64,000 bases of DNA from an uncultured Actinomycetota bacterium (GCA_963726515.1 CAVSCW010000019.1:20727-84726), one strand, 5' to 3'. Numbered from the stretch's first letter, positions 41,569-51,341 are shown. Made by a program: numbers and translations. The notes: a model not told the origin generated them from the letters alone.

Positions 41569-43080
41569 TCAGTCCAGGTAGTCGCGCAGGACCTGCGAAC
41601 GGCTCGGGTGGCGAAGCTTGGACATCGTCTTGGACTCGATCTGACGGATCCGCTCGCGCGTCACGCCGTAGACCTTGCCGATCTCGTCGAGGGTCTTGGG
41701 CTGGCCGTCGGTGAGCCCGAAGCGCATCGAGACCACGCCGGCCTCACGCTCGGAGAGCGTGTCGAGGACGGCGTGCAGCTGCTCCTGCAGGAGCGTGAAC
41801 GACACCGCGTCGGCGGGGACGATGGCCTCGGAGTCCTCGATGAGGTCACCGAACTCGGAGTCGCCGTCCTCGCCGAGGGGGGTGTGCAGCGAGATCGGCT
41901 CCCGGCCGTACTTCTGGACCTCGATGACCTTCTCGGGCGTCATGTCGAGCTCCTTGGCGAGCTCCTCCGGGGTGGGCTCGCGGCCCAGGTCCTGGAGCAT
42001 CTGGCGCTGCACGCGGGCCAGCTTGTTGATGACCTCGACCATGTGGACCGGGATGCGGATGGTGCGCGCCTGGTCGGCCATGGCCCGGGTGATCGCCTGC
42101 CGGATCCACCAGGTGGCGTACGTCGAGAACTTGTAGCCCTTGGTGTAGTCGAACTTCTCGACCGCGCGGATCAGGCCGAGGTTGCCCTCCTGGATGAGGT
42201 CGAGGAAGAGCATGCCGCGACCGGTGTAGCGCTTGGCCAGCGAGACGACGAGTCGCAGGTTGGCCTCGAGGAGGTGGTTCTTCGCGCGCCTCCCGTCCTG
42301 GGAGATCCACTCGTACTCCTCGAGCATCTTCGGACTGATCCGACCGCCCTTGGCGAGCTTCTCCTCGGAGAAGAGCCCGGCCTCGATCCGCTTGGCAAGC
42401 TCGACCTCCATCTCGGCGTTGAGGAGGGGGACCTTGCCGATCTGCTTGAGGTAGTCCTTGACCGGGTCGGCGGTGGCGCCGGCCACCATGACCTGCTGCT
42501 CGGGCTCGTCGGTCTCGTCGGCCGCGGAGACGGTGAAGGCCTGCTTCTCGTCCTCCTTGATCGTCGGGTCCGCGACCACGGCCTTCTCGAACTCGGCGTC
42601 CGGGATGTCGGGCAGGACCTTCTTGCCGTCGGGGCCGATGACGGGCGCGGCGACGGCGCCGAGGTCGACGACCTCGTCGGCGGACGTGGCCGCAGCCTTC
42701 TTGGCAGCGGTCTTCTTGGCGGGGGCCTTCTTGGCCGCGGTCTTGGTGGCCGGCACCTCAGCGGCCTTCTTGGCCGTGGTGGTGGCAGCCTTCTTCGCGG
42801 GGGCCTTCTTGGCCGCCGAGGAGGTGGCGGCGCGCTTGCTGGTGGCGGCGACCGCGCGCAGGCTCGTGGCGTCGATCTGGACGGAGATCCCGAGCCCACT
42901 GAGGTGGCCCAGGAGTGCCTTCAGGTGCTGGGGCTCGACACCAGCCTCGTCACTGGCGCGTCGCACGTCCACCGGGGACACGGTGCCAGTGGGGCTGCCG
43001 CCGGCGATCAATGCAGTGATGGAGGGGTGCGCGAGCACCTCTGCGGGAAGCAACTTGCGTGCGTGTGAGGACACGAACAC
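41569..43080 (-). CDS. sigA: principal RNA polymerase sigma factor (SigA/HrdB/RpoD)
   Basis: [42 protein letters not shown]; AKK-rich N-terminus; start may be GTG at 43074. Confidence 0.96.
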   Translation of the reverse strand: MFVSSHARKLLPAEVLAHPSITALIAGGSPTGTVSPVDVRRASDEAGVEPQHLKALLGHLSGLGISVQIDATSLRAVAATSKRAATSSAAKKAPAKKAATTTAKKAAEVPATKTAAKKAPAKKTAAKKAAATSADEVVDLGAVAAPVIGPDGKKVLPDIPDAEFEKAVVADPTIKEDEKQAFTVSAADETDEPEQQVMVAGATADPVKDYLKQIGKVPLLNAEMEVELAKRIEAGLFSEEKLAKGGRISPKMLEEYEWISQDGRRAKNHLLEANLRLVVSLAKRYTGRGMLFLDLIQEGNLGLIRAVEKFDYTKGYKFSTYATWWIRQAITRAMADQARTIRIPVHMVEVINKLARVQRQMLQDLGREPTPEELAKELDMTPEKVIEVQKYGREPISLHTPLGEDGDSEFGDLIEDSEAIVPADAVSFTLLQEQLHAVLDTLSEREAGVVSMRFGLTDGQPKTLDEIGKVYGVTRERIRQIESKTMSKLRHPSRSQVLRDYLD

Positions 43081-43198
43081 CTCTCGTCAAAATGACTTCG
43101 GGGCGCGGCGAGGCCCGGTGACGTCAAGAGCCGCGCTGGTCATTCTGCCACGCCCTTCCACACGCCTCGACATCGGTCAGGGTGCGGCCGGACTGCCG

Positions 43199-43765
43199 TC
43201 AGTCGGGGGCCTTCGCTGCGGCCTTCTTCGACTTCTTGAAGTCACGCACCTTCTGCAGCGACTCCGCGTCCACGACGTCGGCGACCGACCGGTGGCCCTC
43301 GAGCGCGTAGTCACCGACCACGGCCTCCCAGCCCTCAGGGCGTACGTCGAGCTGCTTGGCGAGCAGCGCGACGAAGATCTGCGCCTTCTGCTTGCCGAAT
43401 CCGGGCAACGACATCACCCGCTGAAGCAGGTGCTTGCCGTCCGTCGCCTCGGTCCACAGCCGGGACGCGTCGCCGTCGTAGGTCTCCTCGACGATGCGCG
43501 CCAGCTCCTGCAGGCGCGCCGCCATCGAGCCCGGGAACCGGTGGATGGCGGGCGTCGTCGAGGCCATCGCGGCGAACTCGTCCGGGTCCGCAGCGGCGAT
43601 GGCCTCGGGCGCGAACGTCCCGAAGCGGTCGAGCACCTTCGCCGGTCCCCGGAACGCGTGCTCCATCGGATACTGCTGGTCCAGCATCATGCCCGCGAGC
43701 AGCGCGAAGGAGGAGTCGTCGAGCACCTTGTCGGCAGCGGGGTCGCCGGTGATCTGGAAGCCCAT
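43199..43765 (-). CDS. HhH-GPD-type base-excision repair protein
   Basis: GMMLDQQ, HRFPGSMA, LPGFGKQKA, RSVADV. Confidence 0.85.
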   Translation of the reverse strand: MGFQITGDPAADKVLDDSSFALLAGMMLDQQYPMEHAFRGPAKVLDRFGTFAPEAIAAADPDEFAAMASTTPAIHRFPGSMAARLQELARIVEETYDGDASRLWTEATDGKHLLQRVMSLPGFGKQKAQIFVALLAKQLDVRPEGWEAVVGDYALEGHRSVADVVDAESLQKVRDFKKSKKAAAKAPD

Positions 43766-43768
43766 GGA

Positions 43769-44170
43769 CTACTGGGCCTTGACCGCCAGGACCGGGCAGG
43801 GGGCGTCGAGGAGCACCCGCTGGGCATTGCTGCCGAGGATGAGCTTCCCGACGGGTGAGCGACGGCGGAGCCCGATGACCAGCAGCTCGGCATTGTTCGC
43901 CTCGGCGATGCTGATCAGGTCCTCGGCCGGCTCGAATCCGCGCACCAGCTGGCGGATGTCGTGCTCGACACCGGCCTCGTCCAACGCCGCCCGGATGACC
44001 GCCAGGTCGTCCTCAGCGGCGCGCGCCGCGGGGCCGTCGAACTCCTGGCCGCCCCGGTGCGAGTTCACCACGACCAGCCTGCTGCCGCGCAGCTTCGCCT
44101 CGCTGATGCCAGCAGCAAGTGCGGCTTCGCCCTCCGGCTTCGGGACGTATCCGACGACGACGGTGCCCAT
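43769..44170 (-). CDS. universal stress protein
   Basis: VVVGY, IGLRRRSPVGKLILGSNAQ, PCPVLAV. Confidence 0.9.
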   Translation of the reverse strand: MGTVVVGYVPKPEGEAALAAGISEAKLRGSRLVVVNSHRGGQEFDGPAARAAEDDLAVIRAALDEAGVEHDIRQLVRGFEPAEDLISIAEANNAELLVIGLRRRSPVGKLILGSNAQRVLLDAPCPVLAVKAQ

Positions 44171-44294
44171 GGTGTCTCCTCTCGGGGCCGCGGCGTCTCG
44201 CCGTAGGCCTGTGGGAACCGTAACCGAAACGTGCGTGGTTGGGCAGCCTGTGGACAGACGCGGCGGACGCGTCCCGCTGCGGCAGGGTGGGCAG

Positions 44295-44717
44295 GTGGCA
44301 CTGCAGGCACCCATCAACCGGCACACGCACCGGATCCTGCGTGCCGCCACGCTGCAGCTGATCGAGGGCGAGACGCGTCGTCACTTCCCCTCCACGCTGC
44401 ACGCCGGAGAGCCGGGCCACAGCGTCCGGCACGTCGAGGACCCGCCGGCGCCCGACGCGGGGCTGCGGGCCGACGTCGCGCTCGCCCTCCTGCAACAGGG
44501 GGCACGACTCACCCCGCACCCCTGCCTGTGGCTGACCCGACCGGGCGAGCTGAGCCCGCACGACGACGACCTGAGGTGGCTCGGCCCGACGGAGTGGGCG
44601 GGCGCCTGCCTCGGCTCGCCGGTCCGACTCGTCGTGGTGACCCGGCGCGGCTGGTTCGACCCGGTGAGCGGCGTCCGACGCGAGTGGCGGCGGTTGCGGC
44701 GGCGCACCGGTGGGTGA
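44295..44717 (+). CDS. hypothetical protein (start uncertain)
   Basis: Protein-like composition in the 3' part of the long frame ending at 44717 (LHAGEPG, WLTRPG, VVVTRRGWFDP); fills the gap between USP and the ligase gene. Confidence 0.62.
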   Translation: MALQAPINRHTHRILRAATLQLIEGETRRHFPSTLHAGEPGHSVRHVEDPPAPDAGLRADVALALLQQGARLTPHPCLWLTRPGELSPHDDDLRWLGPTEWAGACLGSPVRLVVVTRRGWFDPVSGVRREWRRLRRRTGG

Positions 44718-44746
44718 GCGCACCGGCGCCGGTGGCCGCTGGGCGG

Positions 44747-46210
44747 TCAGTCCCAGAGGTGCACGGGCTCGTTGCTGTGCATCCGGTCGCGGTAGTCCAA
44801 GAGGGTGGCCCTCAGCGCGTCGTAGCGGTCCTCTCCCCCGCGCTCGCGCACGCGGTCGACGAACCACCCGGCTCCGCTGCTCTCCTGCAGACAGCGCTGC
44901 TCGATGATGCCGAGGTAACGGTCGCTCTCCTCGGTCGGCACCCCCCACGAGTCCAGGCCGGCCTTCGCCATCGGCAGCAGCCGGCGCAGCACCAGCTCCG
45001 TCGCCCGGACCTGACCGACGCCCGGCCAGTAGACCTGGGCGTCGACCCCCATCTGCGCCGCGACGTGGAAGTTCTCCTCGGCGGCCGAGAAGGACATCTG
45101 CGACCACAGGGGCCGCTCGCTCTCGGCGAGGTAGCGCACCAGGCCGAACCAGAGCGCCGCGTTGGCGATGGTGTCGGCAACGGTCGGCCCCGCCGCGAGC
45201 AGCCGGTTCTCCACGCGCAGGTGCGGGATGCCGCCGGCCACGTCGTACACCGGTCGGTTCCACCGGTAGATGGTCCCGTTGTGGAGCCGGAGCTCGTGCA
45301 GGTGGGGCGTGTCGCCCCGCTCGAGGACCTCGAGCGGATCCTCCTCGTCGGTGATCGGCAGGAGGGCCGGGAAGTAGCGGACGTTCTCCTCGAAGAGGTC
45401 GAAGACCGACGTGATCCACCGCTCGCCGAACCACACCCGAGGACGTACGCCCTGCGCCTTCAGCTCCTCGCTGCGGGTGTCGGTGGCCTGCTCGAACAGC
45501 GGGATGCGGGTCTCGCGCCACAGCTCCTTGCCCAGCAGGAACGGCGAGTTGGCGGCCACCGCGACCTGGATGCCGGCGATCGCCTGCGCGGCGTTCCAGT
45601 AGGCGCCGAACTGGTCGGGCGAGGTCTGCACGTGGAACTGGGTGCTGGTGCACGCGGCCTCGGGCACGATCGAGTCGGCCGTGGTGATCAGCCGCTCGCG
45701 ACCCGAGATGCTGATCGTGATGTCCTCTCCGCGCGCAGCGAGGATCTGCTCGGAGAGCAGCTTGTAACGCGGGTTGGAGCTGAGCGATTCGAGGGTCATG
45801 TGTCCCTCGGCGAGGGTCGGCAGGATGCCGATCATCACCTGGTGGGCACCGACCTTCGCCGCCTTCTCCTCGGCGTCGTTGAGCGAGCGGCGCAGGCTGT
45901 TCTCGAACGTGGACAGGCCACCTTCGCGCAGCTTGGCCGGGGCGAGGTTGATCTCGATGTTGAACTGGCCCAGCTCGGTCTGGAAGTCCGGGTCAGCGAT
46001 GGCAGCCAGCACCTCGGCGTTCTTCAGCGCCGGGTCCCCCGCGTCGTCGATGAGGTTGAGCTCCATCTCGAGCCCCGTCATCGGGTCGTCGGTGTCGAAG
46101 CGCGCCTCACGGAGCATCCGGGCGAACACGTCGAGGTTGCGGCGCACCTTCTCGCGGTGACGCGTCCGGTCTGCCCGGCTGAACTCCTGCTGGTCGACCT
46201 CTTCACCCAT
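44747..46210 (-). CDS. glutamate--cysteine ligase-like (GCS2) family protein
   Basis: GLEMELNL, ELGQFNIE, EAACTSTQFH, ANSP, HNGTIYRWNRP, RVENR. Confidence 0.85.
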   Translation of the reverse strand: MGEEVDQQEFSRADRTRHREKVRRNLDVFARMLREARFDTDDPMTGLEMELNLIDDAGDPALKNAEVLAAIADPDFQTELGQFNIEINLAPAKLREGGLSTFENSLRRSLNDAEEKAAKVGAHQVMIGILPTLAEGHMTLESLSSNPRYKLLSEQILAARGEDITISISGRERLITTADSIVPEAACTSTQFHVQTSPDQFGAYWNAAQAIAGIQVAVAANSPFLLGKELWRETRIPLFEQATDTRSEELKAQGVRPRVWFGERWITSVFDLFEENVRYFPALLPITDEEDPLEVLERGDTPHLHELRLHNGTIYRWNRPVYDVAGGIPHLRVENRLLAAGPTVADTIANAALWFGLVRYLAESERPLWSQMSFSAAEENFHVAAQMGVDAQVYWPGVGQVRATELVLRRLLPMAKAGLDSWGVPTEESDRYLGIIEQRCLQESSGAGWFVDRVRERGGEDRYDALRATLLDYRDRMHSNEPVHLWD

Positions 46211-46261
46211 GGACGCACCCTAGTCACGCGGGGACACCGCGGGAACCTTCCCACGGGCTGG

Positions 46262-47272
46262 TCACGCCGCGGGATCGGCCGTCCCTCCCACCCCGGCGCG
46301 CAGCGGCTCCCACGAGTCGGGGGCGGTCGCGGCCTCGAGCAGCCGCGCGACGAGCTCCGCCAGGGAATGGTCGGGCACCGTCTCGCGGCACCGGTCGACA
46401 GCACACCAGGCCAGGGCGCCGTCCCCGACGAGCCATGCGGCGAAGCCCAGCACCGCGGCGGGGGCGGCGACGTGCGTCGCCGGCAACCGTCGTACGGCGT
46501 CGGACCACAGCTCGACGGCCCGGCGCGCGTCGGCACGGGTGAGCCACACCCACGCCTCGTCGCGGCGCTCCCCCACCACCACGGAGACCGCGATGGAGGC
46601 GAGCTCGGCGGTGGAGAAGGTCGTGCCGCGCTCGAGGTGCCGGCGCGTGAGCCCAGCCACCGCGCCAGTGGGCAGCAGCGGCGCCTGAGCGATCTGCGGG
46701 GCGACCTCCCGTGCCGCCGCGGGGTCGGGAGCGATGGTGGCGCGCAGCGCCTCGCGGCTGGCGTGGGTCACCCGTCCGTCGAACACGCCCTGGGCCGTGA
46801 ACCTGTGCTCGGCCAGGGTGAACCTGACCCCCTGGTAGGCCGCGAGCGGTGCGCCCGGAAGCACGGCATACCAGTGGTCGTCGTGGACGCGCAGCACCTC
46901 GCGCACCTCGATGCCCGCGGCGGTGAACTCCTCGTGGATCGACCACGCCGCCTCGTCGGCCACCGTCGTGTCGTCGTCGTAGACGACCACGACGACGTCC
47001 GTCACGCCGTTGCGCCGCGCGGGCCGGAGCAGGGCCTCGACCACGTCGTCGACGTCGTCGGGGTCGTGCGGCAGGTCCACGCGGGCGTGCATGCCGCCAG
47101 GACCGATGCTCACCATGACCACCGAGCGCTCGGGCACGAACCCGAGGGCGAGCGGCACGAAGGCGGCGAGGTCGCCAGGCGTGCGGGCCCGGAGGCTGGT
47201 GTGGTCGGGCGGGTCCGGCTGGTCCGGCTGGTCGGGCTGACTGATCGGGTCGGGGCGCTCAGTGGATTCCAT
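46262..47272 (-). CDS. DUF4192-like protein
   Basis: P.DL...VP..LGFVPERSVV, RVDLP, RD, AWLVGDGALA, PDHSLA. Confidence 0.82.
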   Translation of the reverse strand: MESTERPDPISQPDQPDQPDPPDHTSLRARTPGDLAAFVPLALGFVPERSVVMVSIGPGGMHARVDLPHDPDDVDDVVEALLRPARRNGVTDVVVVVYDDDTTVADEAAWSIHEEFTAAGIEVREVLRVHDDHWYAVLPGAPLAAYQGVRFTLAEHRFTAQGVFDGRVTHASREALRATIAPDPAAAREVAPQIAQAPLLPTGAVAGLTRRHLERGTTFSTAELASIAVSVVVGERRDEAWVWLTRADARRAVELWSDAVRRLPATHVAAPAAVLGFAAWLVGDGALAWCAVDRCRETVPDHSLAELVARLLEAATAPDSWEPLRAGVGGTADPAA

Positions 47273-47386
47273 GACGAGGACGGTTCCCGCGACCACCGAC
47301 GCCTCACGCCCGTGTCGCTCGCAGCCTGTGGAGAAGGGACCGCGGGGCGATCCTGTGGAGGGATGGTGGGCTGCGACAATGCCCCG

Positions 47387-48694
47387 ATGCGCACCACCGC
47401 GTCGATCCTGCACCTGGATCTGGACGCCTTCTTCGCCGCCGTCGAGCAGCGCGACAAGCCGTCCCTGCGCGGCAAGCCGGTGATCGTGGGCGGCACCGGC
47501 GGTCGCGGAGTGGTGGCCACGGCGTCGTACGAGGCACGCCGCTTCGGTGTGGGGTCGGCCATGTCCGGGCGCGAGGCCCGCGCCCGCTGCCCGCACGCCG
47601 CCTTCCTCAGCGGCCGCTTCCACGCCTACCGGGAGGCCAGCACGCGGGTGATGGAGGTCCTGCGTGACCTCTCGCCGCTCGTGGAGCCGCTCTCCCTCGA
47701 CGAGGCCTTCGTGGACCTCGCCGCCGCCGACCTGCCCGACCTCGACCTCACCACGGTCACCGAGGCCGGTGAGCGGCTGCGCCAACGGGTGCACGAGGTC
47801 ACCGGCGGTCTGACCGCGACGGTCGGCATCGCGTCGTCCAAGTTCCTCGCCAAGGTCGCCAGCGAGCTCGACAAGCCCGACGGGATGACGGTCGTGCCTC
47901 CCGGCGCCGAGCTCGACCTGCTGCGCCCGATGCGGGTCTCGGTGATCCCCGGCGTCGGGCCGGTGACGGCCGAGAGGCTGCGGCGCGCCGGGATCCAGAC
48001 GGTCGCCGAGCTGGAGCAGGTCAGCGAGGACGAGCTCGTCCGACTCGTCGGCCAGGCCCACGGGCACGGGTTGTGGCAGCTGGCCCGTGCGCAGGACCCA
48101 CGACCGGTCCTGCCGGAGCGGGAGACCAAGTCCATCAGCGTCGAGGGGACCTATGACACCGACCTCAACGACCGCACGCTGATGGAGGGTCTGCTGACCC
48201 GGCAGGCCCGCGACGTCGGCGCCCGGATGCGCAAGAACGGGTTCTCGGGGCGGACGGTCTCCATCAAGGTGCGGTTGCACGACTTCACCACCCTGAGCCG
48301 ATCGAGCACCCTGTCCAGCCCCACGGACGACGGCGCAACGATCGGCAGGATCGCCCGCTCGCTCCTGGGCGACCTCGACACCACGGGCGGCGTGCGACTG
48401 CTCGGTGTCGGCGTCTCCGGCCTGGCCGACTGGGTGCAGGAGGACCTGTTCGGCGAGACGGCCGCCGACGACGAGGAGGACGTCGAGGTGCCTCTGCCGG
48501 AGCCACCGCGCCGGAGCTGGCCCCCCGGCGCCGATGTCGTGCACGACGAGATGGGTCCCGGGTGGATCTGGGGCTCGGGATCGGGCGTGGTGACGGTGCG
48601 CTTCGAGACCGCGCTGACGCCACCGGGGCCGGTGCGCAGCTTCAAGGTCGACGACCCGGCGCTGCACCGCGCCGAACCTCCGGCCGAGGCGTGA
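47387..48694 (+). CDS. dinB: DNA polymerase IV (DinB)
   Basis: HLDLDAFFAAVE, ASYEAR, SLDEAF, KPDG, PGVG, VRLLGV. Confidence 0.93.
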   Translation: MRTTASILHLDLDAFFAAVEQRDKPSLRGKPVIVGGTGGRGVVATASYEARRFGVGSAMSGREARARCPHAAFLSGRFHAYREASTRVMEVLRDLSPLVEPLSLDEAFVDLAAADLPDLDLTTVTEAGERLRQRVHEVTGGLTATVGIASSKFLAKVASELDKPDGMTVVPPGAELDLLRPMRVSVIPGVGPVTAERLRRAGIQTVAELEQVSEDELVRLVGQAHGHGLWQLARAQDPRPVLPERETKSISVEGTYDTDLNDRTLMEGLLTRQARDVGARMRKNGFSGRTVSIKVRLHDFTTLSRSSTLSSPTDDGATIGRIARSLLGDLDTTGGVRLLGVGVSGLADWVQEDLFGETAADDEEDVEVPLPEPPRRSWPPGADVVHDEMGPGWIWGSGSGVVTVRFETALTPPGPVRSFKVDDPALHRAEPPAEA

Positions 48695-48697
48695 TCC

Positions 48698-49540
48698 TCA
48701 GACCGGTCGCAGGACGACCCGCTCGCCCGGACGCAGCTGCGCGCCCACGTCGAGGTCGGCGTCGTCGACGACCGCCACCACGGGGTAGCCGCCCGTCGTG
48801 GGGTGATCGGCCAGGAAGACCACCGGCTGTCCCGACGGCGGCAGCTGCACCGCGCCCAGCACGACGCCTTCGCTCGCCAGCTCCCCCGACCGACGCTCGA
48901 GCCGAGGGCCGCTGAGCCGCAGCCCGATCCGGTTGCTGTCCGGCGTCACGACGTACGACGCCGTGCCGAGTCCCTCCCAGACGCCCGCGCCGAGCCAGTC
49001 CACGCGCGGACCCGGGTGGAGGCGCAGCACCCGTTCCCGCGGACGTACGGCGACCGCAGCCGGCGGCTCCGGCAACCACCCGGACCTCCCGATGGCCAGC
49101 ACCTGACCGGCGGCGATGCGGGGCGGCCCCACCCACGCCAGCGTGTCGGTGGACCGCGACCCGAGGACGGGCGCGACGTCGATGCCGCCGCCGAACGCGA
49201 CGTAGGACCGCACCCCTGACGTGGCAGGACCGACCGTCACGACAGCGCCGCCAGGCACCGTGACCGCTGCCCCGTGGCCGACCGCACGCCGATCGATCCG
49301 CACGTCGCACACGGCGCCGGTCACCGCCAGCGTGAGCGCGCCCAGCGTGCGCAGGACGATGCCACCCATCGTCGTCTCCAGCACCGCGTCGTCGGGAGCC
49401 CCGCCGACGAGGCGCAGGGCCAGTGCGGCTGCGGCGCGGTCCAGCGCTCCTGCCCGCGGGACGCCCAGGTGCGCCCAGCCGGGTCGTCCGAGGTCCTGCA
49501 GCGTCGACAGGGGACCGGGATCCAGCACCTCGACGCTCAT
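48698..49540 (-). CDS. pxpC: 5-oxoprolinase subunit C
   Basis: QDLGRPG, LGSRST, SNRIG, SEG, QP, TTGGYP. Confidence 0.88.
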   Translation of the reverse strand: MSVEVLDPGPLSTLQDLGRPGWAHLGVPRAGALDRAAAALALRLVGGAPDDAVLETTMGGIVLRTLGALTLAVTGAVCDVRIDRRAVGHGAAVTVPGGAVVTVGPATSGVRSYVAFGGGIDVAPVLGSRSTDTLAWVGPPRIAAGQVLAIGRSGWLPEPPAAVAVRPRERVLRLHPGPRVDWLGAGVWEGLGTASYVVTPDSNRIGLRLSGPRLERRSGELASEGVVLGAVQLPPSGQPVVFLADHPTTGGYPVVAVVDDADLDVGAQLRPGERVVLRPV

Positions 49541-49547
49541 GCCACGC

Positions 49548-50141
49548 TCACCCCTCGGCCTCGAAGCGCACCCGCGTCCCGGGCGCCAGCAGCGCCGGGT
49601 CCTGCCGGTCGGCGTCCCAGAGGACCGCGTCGGTGGTCCCGATCACCAGCCAGCCGCCCGGAGACGCGCTGGGATAGACCCCGCACCACGAGTCCGCGAG
49701 CGCCACCGAGCCCGGCGCCACCCGGGGCCGGGGCGAGGCCAGGCGGGGCACGGCCCGGTGGCGAGGCAGGCCGGACAGGTAGGAGAACCCGGGCGCGAAG
49801 CCGCAGAACACCGAGACGAACTCGGTCGAGGTGTGCTCCTCGACCACCTGCGCGACGCTGCATCCCCAGTGCCCGGCGACGAGCTCGAGGTCGGGACCCG
49901 CATAGCTCACCGACAGGGTGATCAGAGGTCCGGAGGGTGCCTCCACGGTCGGCGTCCAGCCCGCGAGGGCGGCCTCGACGGCGGCGCGGTCCACCCCGTC
50001 CAGGAGCACCGTGGACGCGGCCGGGACGACGTCGGTCGCCCCGAGCCCGGACTCCCGCGCCCACACCGCCAGGGAGAGCGCCGCGACGGCGTCGCCGACC
50101 TCCACCAGACATGCCCGCTCACCGACCGCGATCACCCGCAC
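49548..50141 (-). CDS. pxpB: 5-oxoprolinase subunit B
   Basis: Y.GPDL, GFAPGF, PR, GSV, YPSASPGGW.VIG. Confidence 0.88.
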   Translation of the reverse strand: MRVIAVGERACLVEVGDAVAALSLAVWARESGLGATDVVPAASTVLLDGVDRAAVEAALAGWTPTVEAPSGPLITLSVSYAGPDLELVAGHWGCSVAQVVEEHTSTEFVSVFCGFAPGFSYLSGLPRHRAVPRLASPRPRVAPGSVALADSWCGVYPSASPGGWLVIGTTDAVLWDADRQDPALLAPGTRVRFEAEG

Positions 50142-50254
50142 CCAGCCATTGTGGCGCGCGACGCTCGTCGTTCACCGGCGCGGGGTTGCGCGTCGCCGCG
50201 CTGATCCGGCAGCCTCGAGGGGCACATAGGCGAGGGGCTCCCGATGGTATGAGC

Positions 50255-50418
50255 ATCAGGAGCCCCTCGGTGCGACCGGGATGGTGACGTCCGGTCCATC
50301 GCACCGGGGTCCCAGCCCCCGCAACCCCCGTCACCGGGACTGCGCGGCGAGCGAGCTCGCCGAGTGGAACTGTTCTTCCGGTTCGATCCCCGACTCCGCC
50401 GGAGCGGCTTCGGTAAGG
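50255..50418 (-). ncRNA. candidate structured small RNA or leader (strand tentative)
   Basis: Non-coding; preceded on the minus strand by TTGCGG-N18-TAGAAC (50451-50422); consecutive stem-loops ending in CCCCGGTGCGA/TCGCACCGAGGGG. Confidence 0.45.
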
Positions 50419-50545
50419 AGTGTTCTATGCCCGTCGGGACGCTCGCCGCAAGGGTTCGGCGCGACAAACCTTCAGTCCCACAGGGTTCCCCACAGAAGTT
50501 CCTCCGTGCTCCACAGGGTGGGGCCCACCGTCCACAGGAAGCGGG

Positions 50546-51262
50546 TCAGCCTGTGGAGGGCCAGCAGGACGCCACGACCAGCCCGCCCGCCTCCAGCGCA
50601 CGACGTACGGCCCCGGCGGTGGCCACCGCCCCCGGGGAGTCGCCGTGGACGCACAACGAGTCCACCCGGGGCGCCAGGCCGAGCGCTCGCGCGGCGACGT
50701 CCTGCGGGTCCGTGACGAGGGCTCCCGGCTGCTCGCGCGGCACGAGCCGGCCCTCGGCGGTGTAGCCGCGGTCGGGGAACCCCTCGAGCCGGACACCGCG
50801 ACCCCGCTCCAGCGCCAGGTGCAGCAGCCGGGACCCCGGCATCCCCATCACCGGCAGGTCGCCGGACCCGTCCAGCACGGCCCCGGCCTGCTCCTCGTCG
50901 ACCGCGACCCGGTGGTAGAGCGCACCGTGCGGCTTCAGGTAGACCACCTGCCCACCCTCTGCGGTGGAGATGGCGGCCAGCGCACCCACCTGCTCGGCGA
51001 CCTGCTGGCGCAGGACGTCGGGTGGCACGTCGAGCGCGACCCGGCCGAAGTGGGCCCGGTCGTCGTAGGACACCTGCGCACCCACCGACACCCCACGCCG
51101 TACGGCCTCGGCGCAGACCGCCTGCATGGTGGCGACGGTTCCGGCGTGGAACCCGCACGCGACGTTGGCACTGGTCACCACCGCGAGCAGGCCGACGTCG
51201 TCGGTGACCTCCTCGCCCAGGTCGGCGTTGAGGTCGACCCGCCCCTCGGCCACGCTCCGCAT
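50546..51262 (-). CDS. pxpA: 5-oxoprolinase subunit A (LamB/YcsF family)
   Basis: DLNADLGE, ANVACGFHAG, KPHGALY, DRGY, CVHGD. Confidence 0.92.
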   Translation of the reverse strand: MRSVAEGRVDLNADLGEEVTDDVGLLAVVTSANVACGFHAGTVATMQAVCAEAVRRGVSVGAQVSYDDRAHFGRVALDVPPDVLRQQVAEQVGALAAISTAEGGQVVYLKPHGALYHRVAVDEEQAGAVLDGSGDLPVMGMPGSRLLHLALERGRGVRLEGFPDRGYTAEGRLVPREQPGALVTDPQDVAARALGLAPRVDSLCVHGDSPGAVATAGAVRRALEAGGLVVASCWPSTG

Positions 51263-51315
51263 GCTGCCAGTGTCACGCGGAACCCCTGAGAAGTCCCTGA
51301 GAGTTCCCAGATCGT

Positions 51316-51341
51316 GCAACTCCCGGCACCCCTGGCTCGTC
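51316..51341 (+). promoter_or_regulatory. SigE-type ECF promoter GCAAC-N17-CGTC
   Basis: GCAAC 51316-51320, CGTC 51338-51341, upstream of the hrdD-like gene. Confidence 0.55.

Noticed and set aside
42690-42830. AKK-type repeats in sigA
   Set aside because: Ordinary low-complexity N-terminus of actinobacterial principal sigma factors.
47205-47245. 9-bp microrepeat (QPD)n at the DUF4192 N-terminus
   Set aside because: In-frame low-complexity linker with no sign of phase variation.
44231-48694. 1487-aa giant ORF
   Set aside because: Antisense shadow of the ligase and DUF4192 genes running into the real dinB frame, which starts at 47387.
50240-50345. SAM-IV riboswitch
   Set aside because: GGTATGAG and GCAACCC recall it only superficially; the AGCCCCGGC core is missing and no sulfur-metabolism gene lies downstream on that strand.
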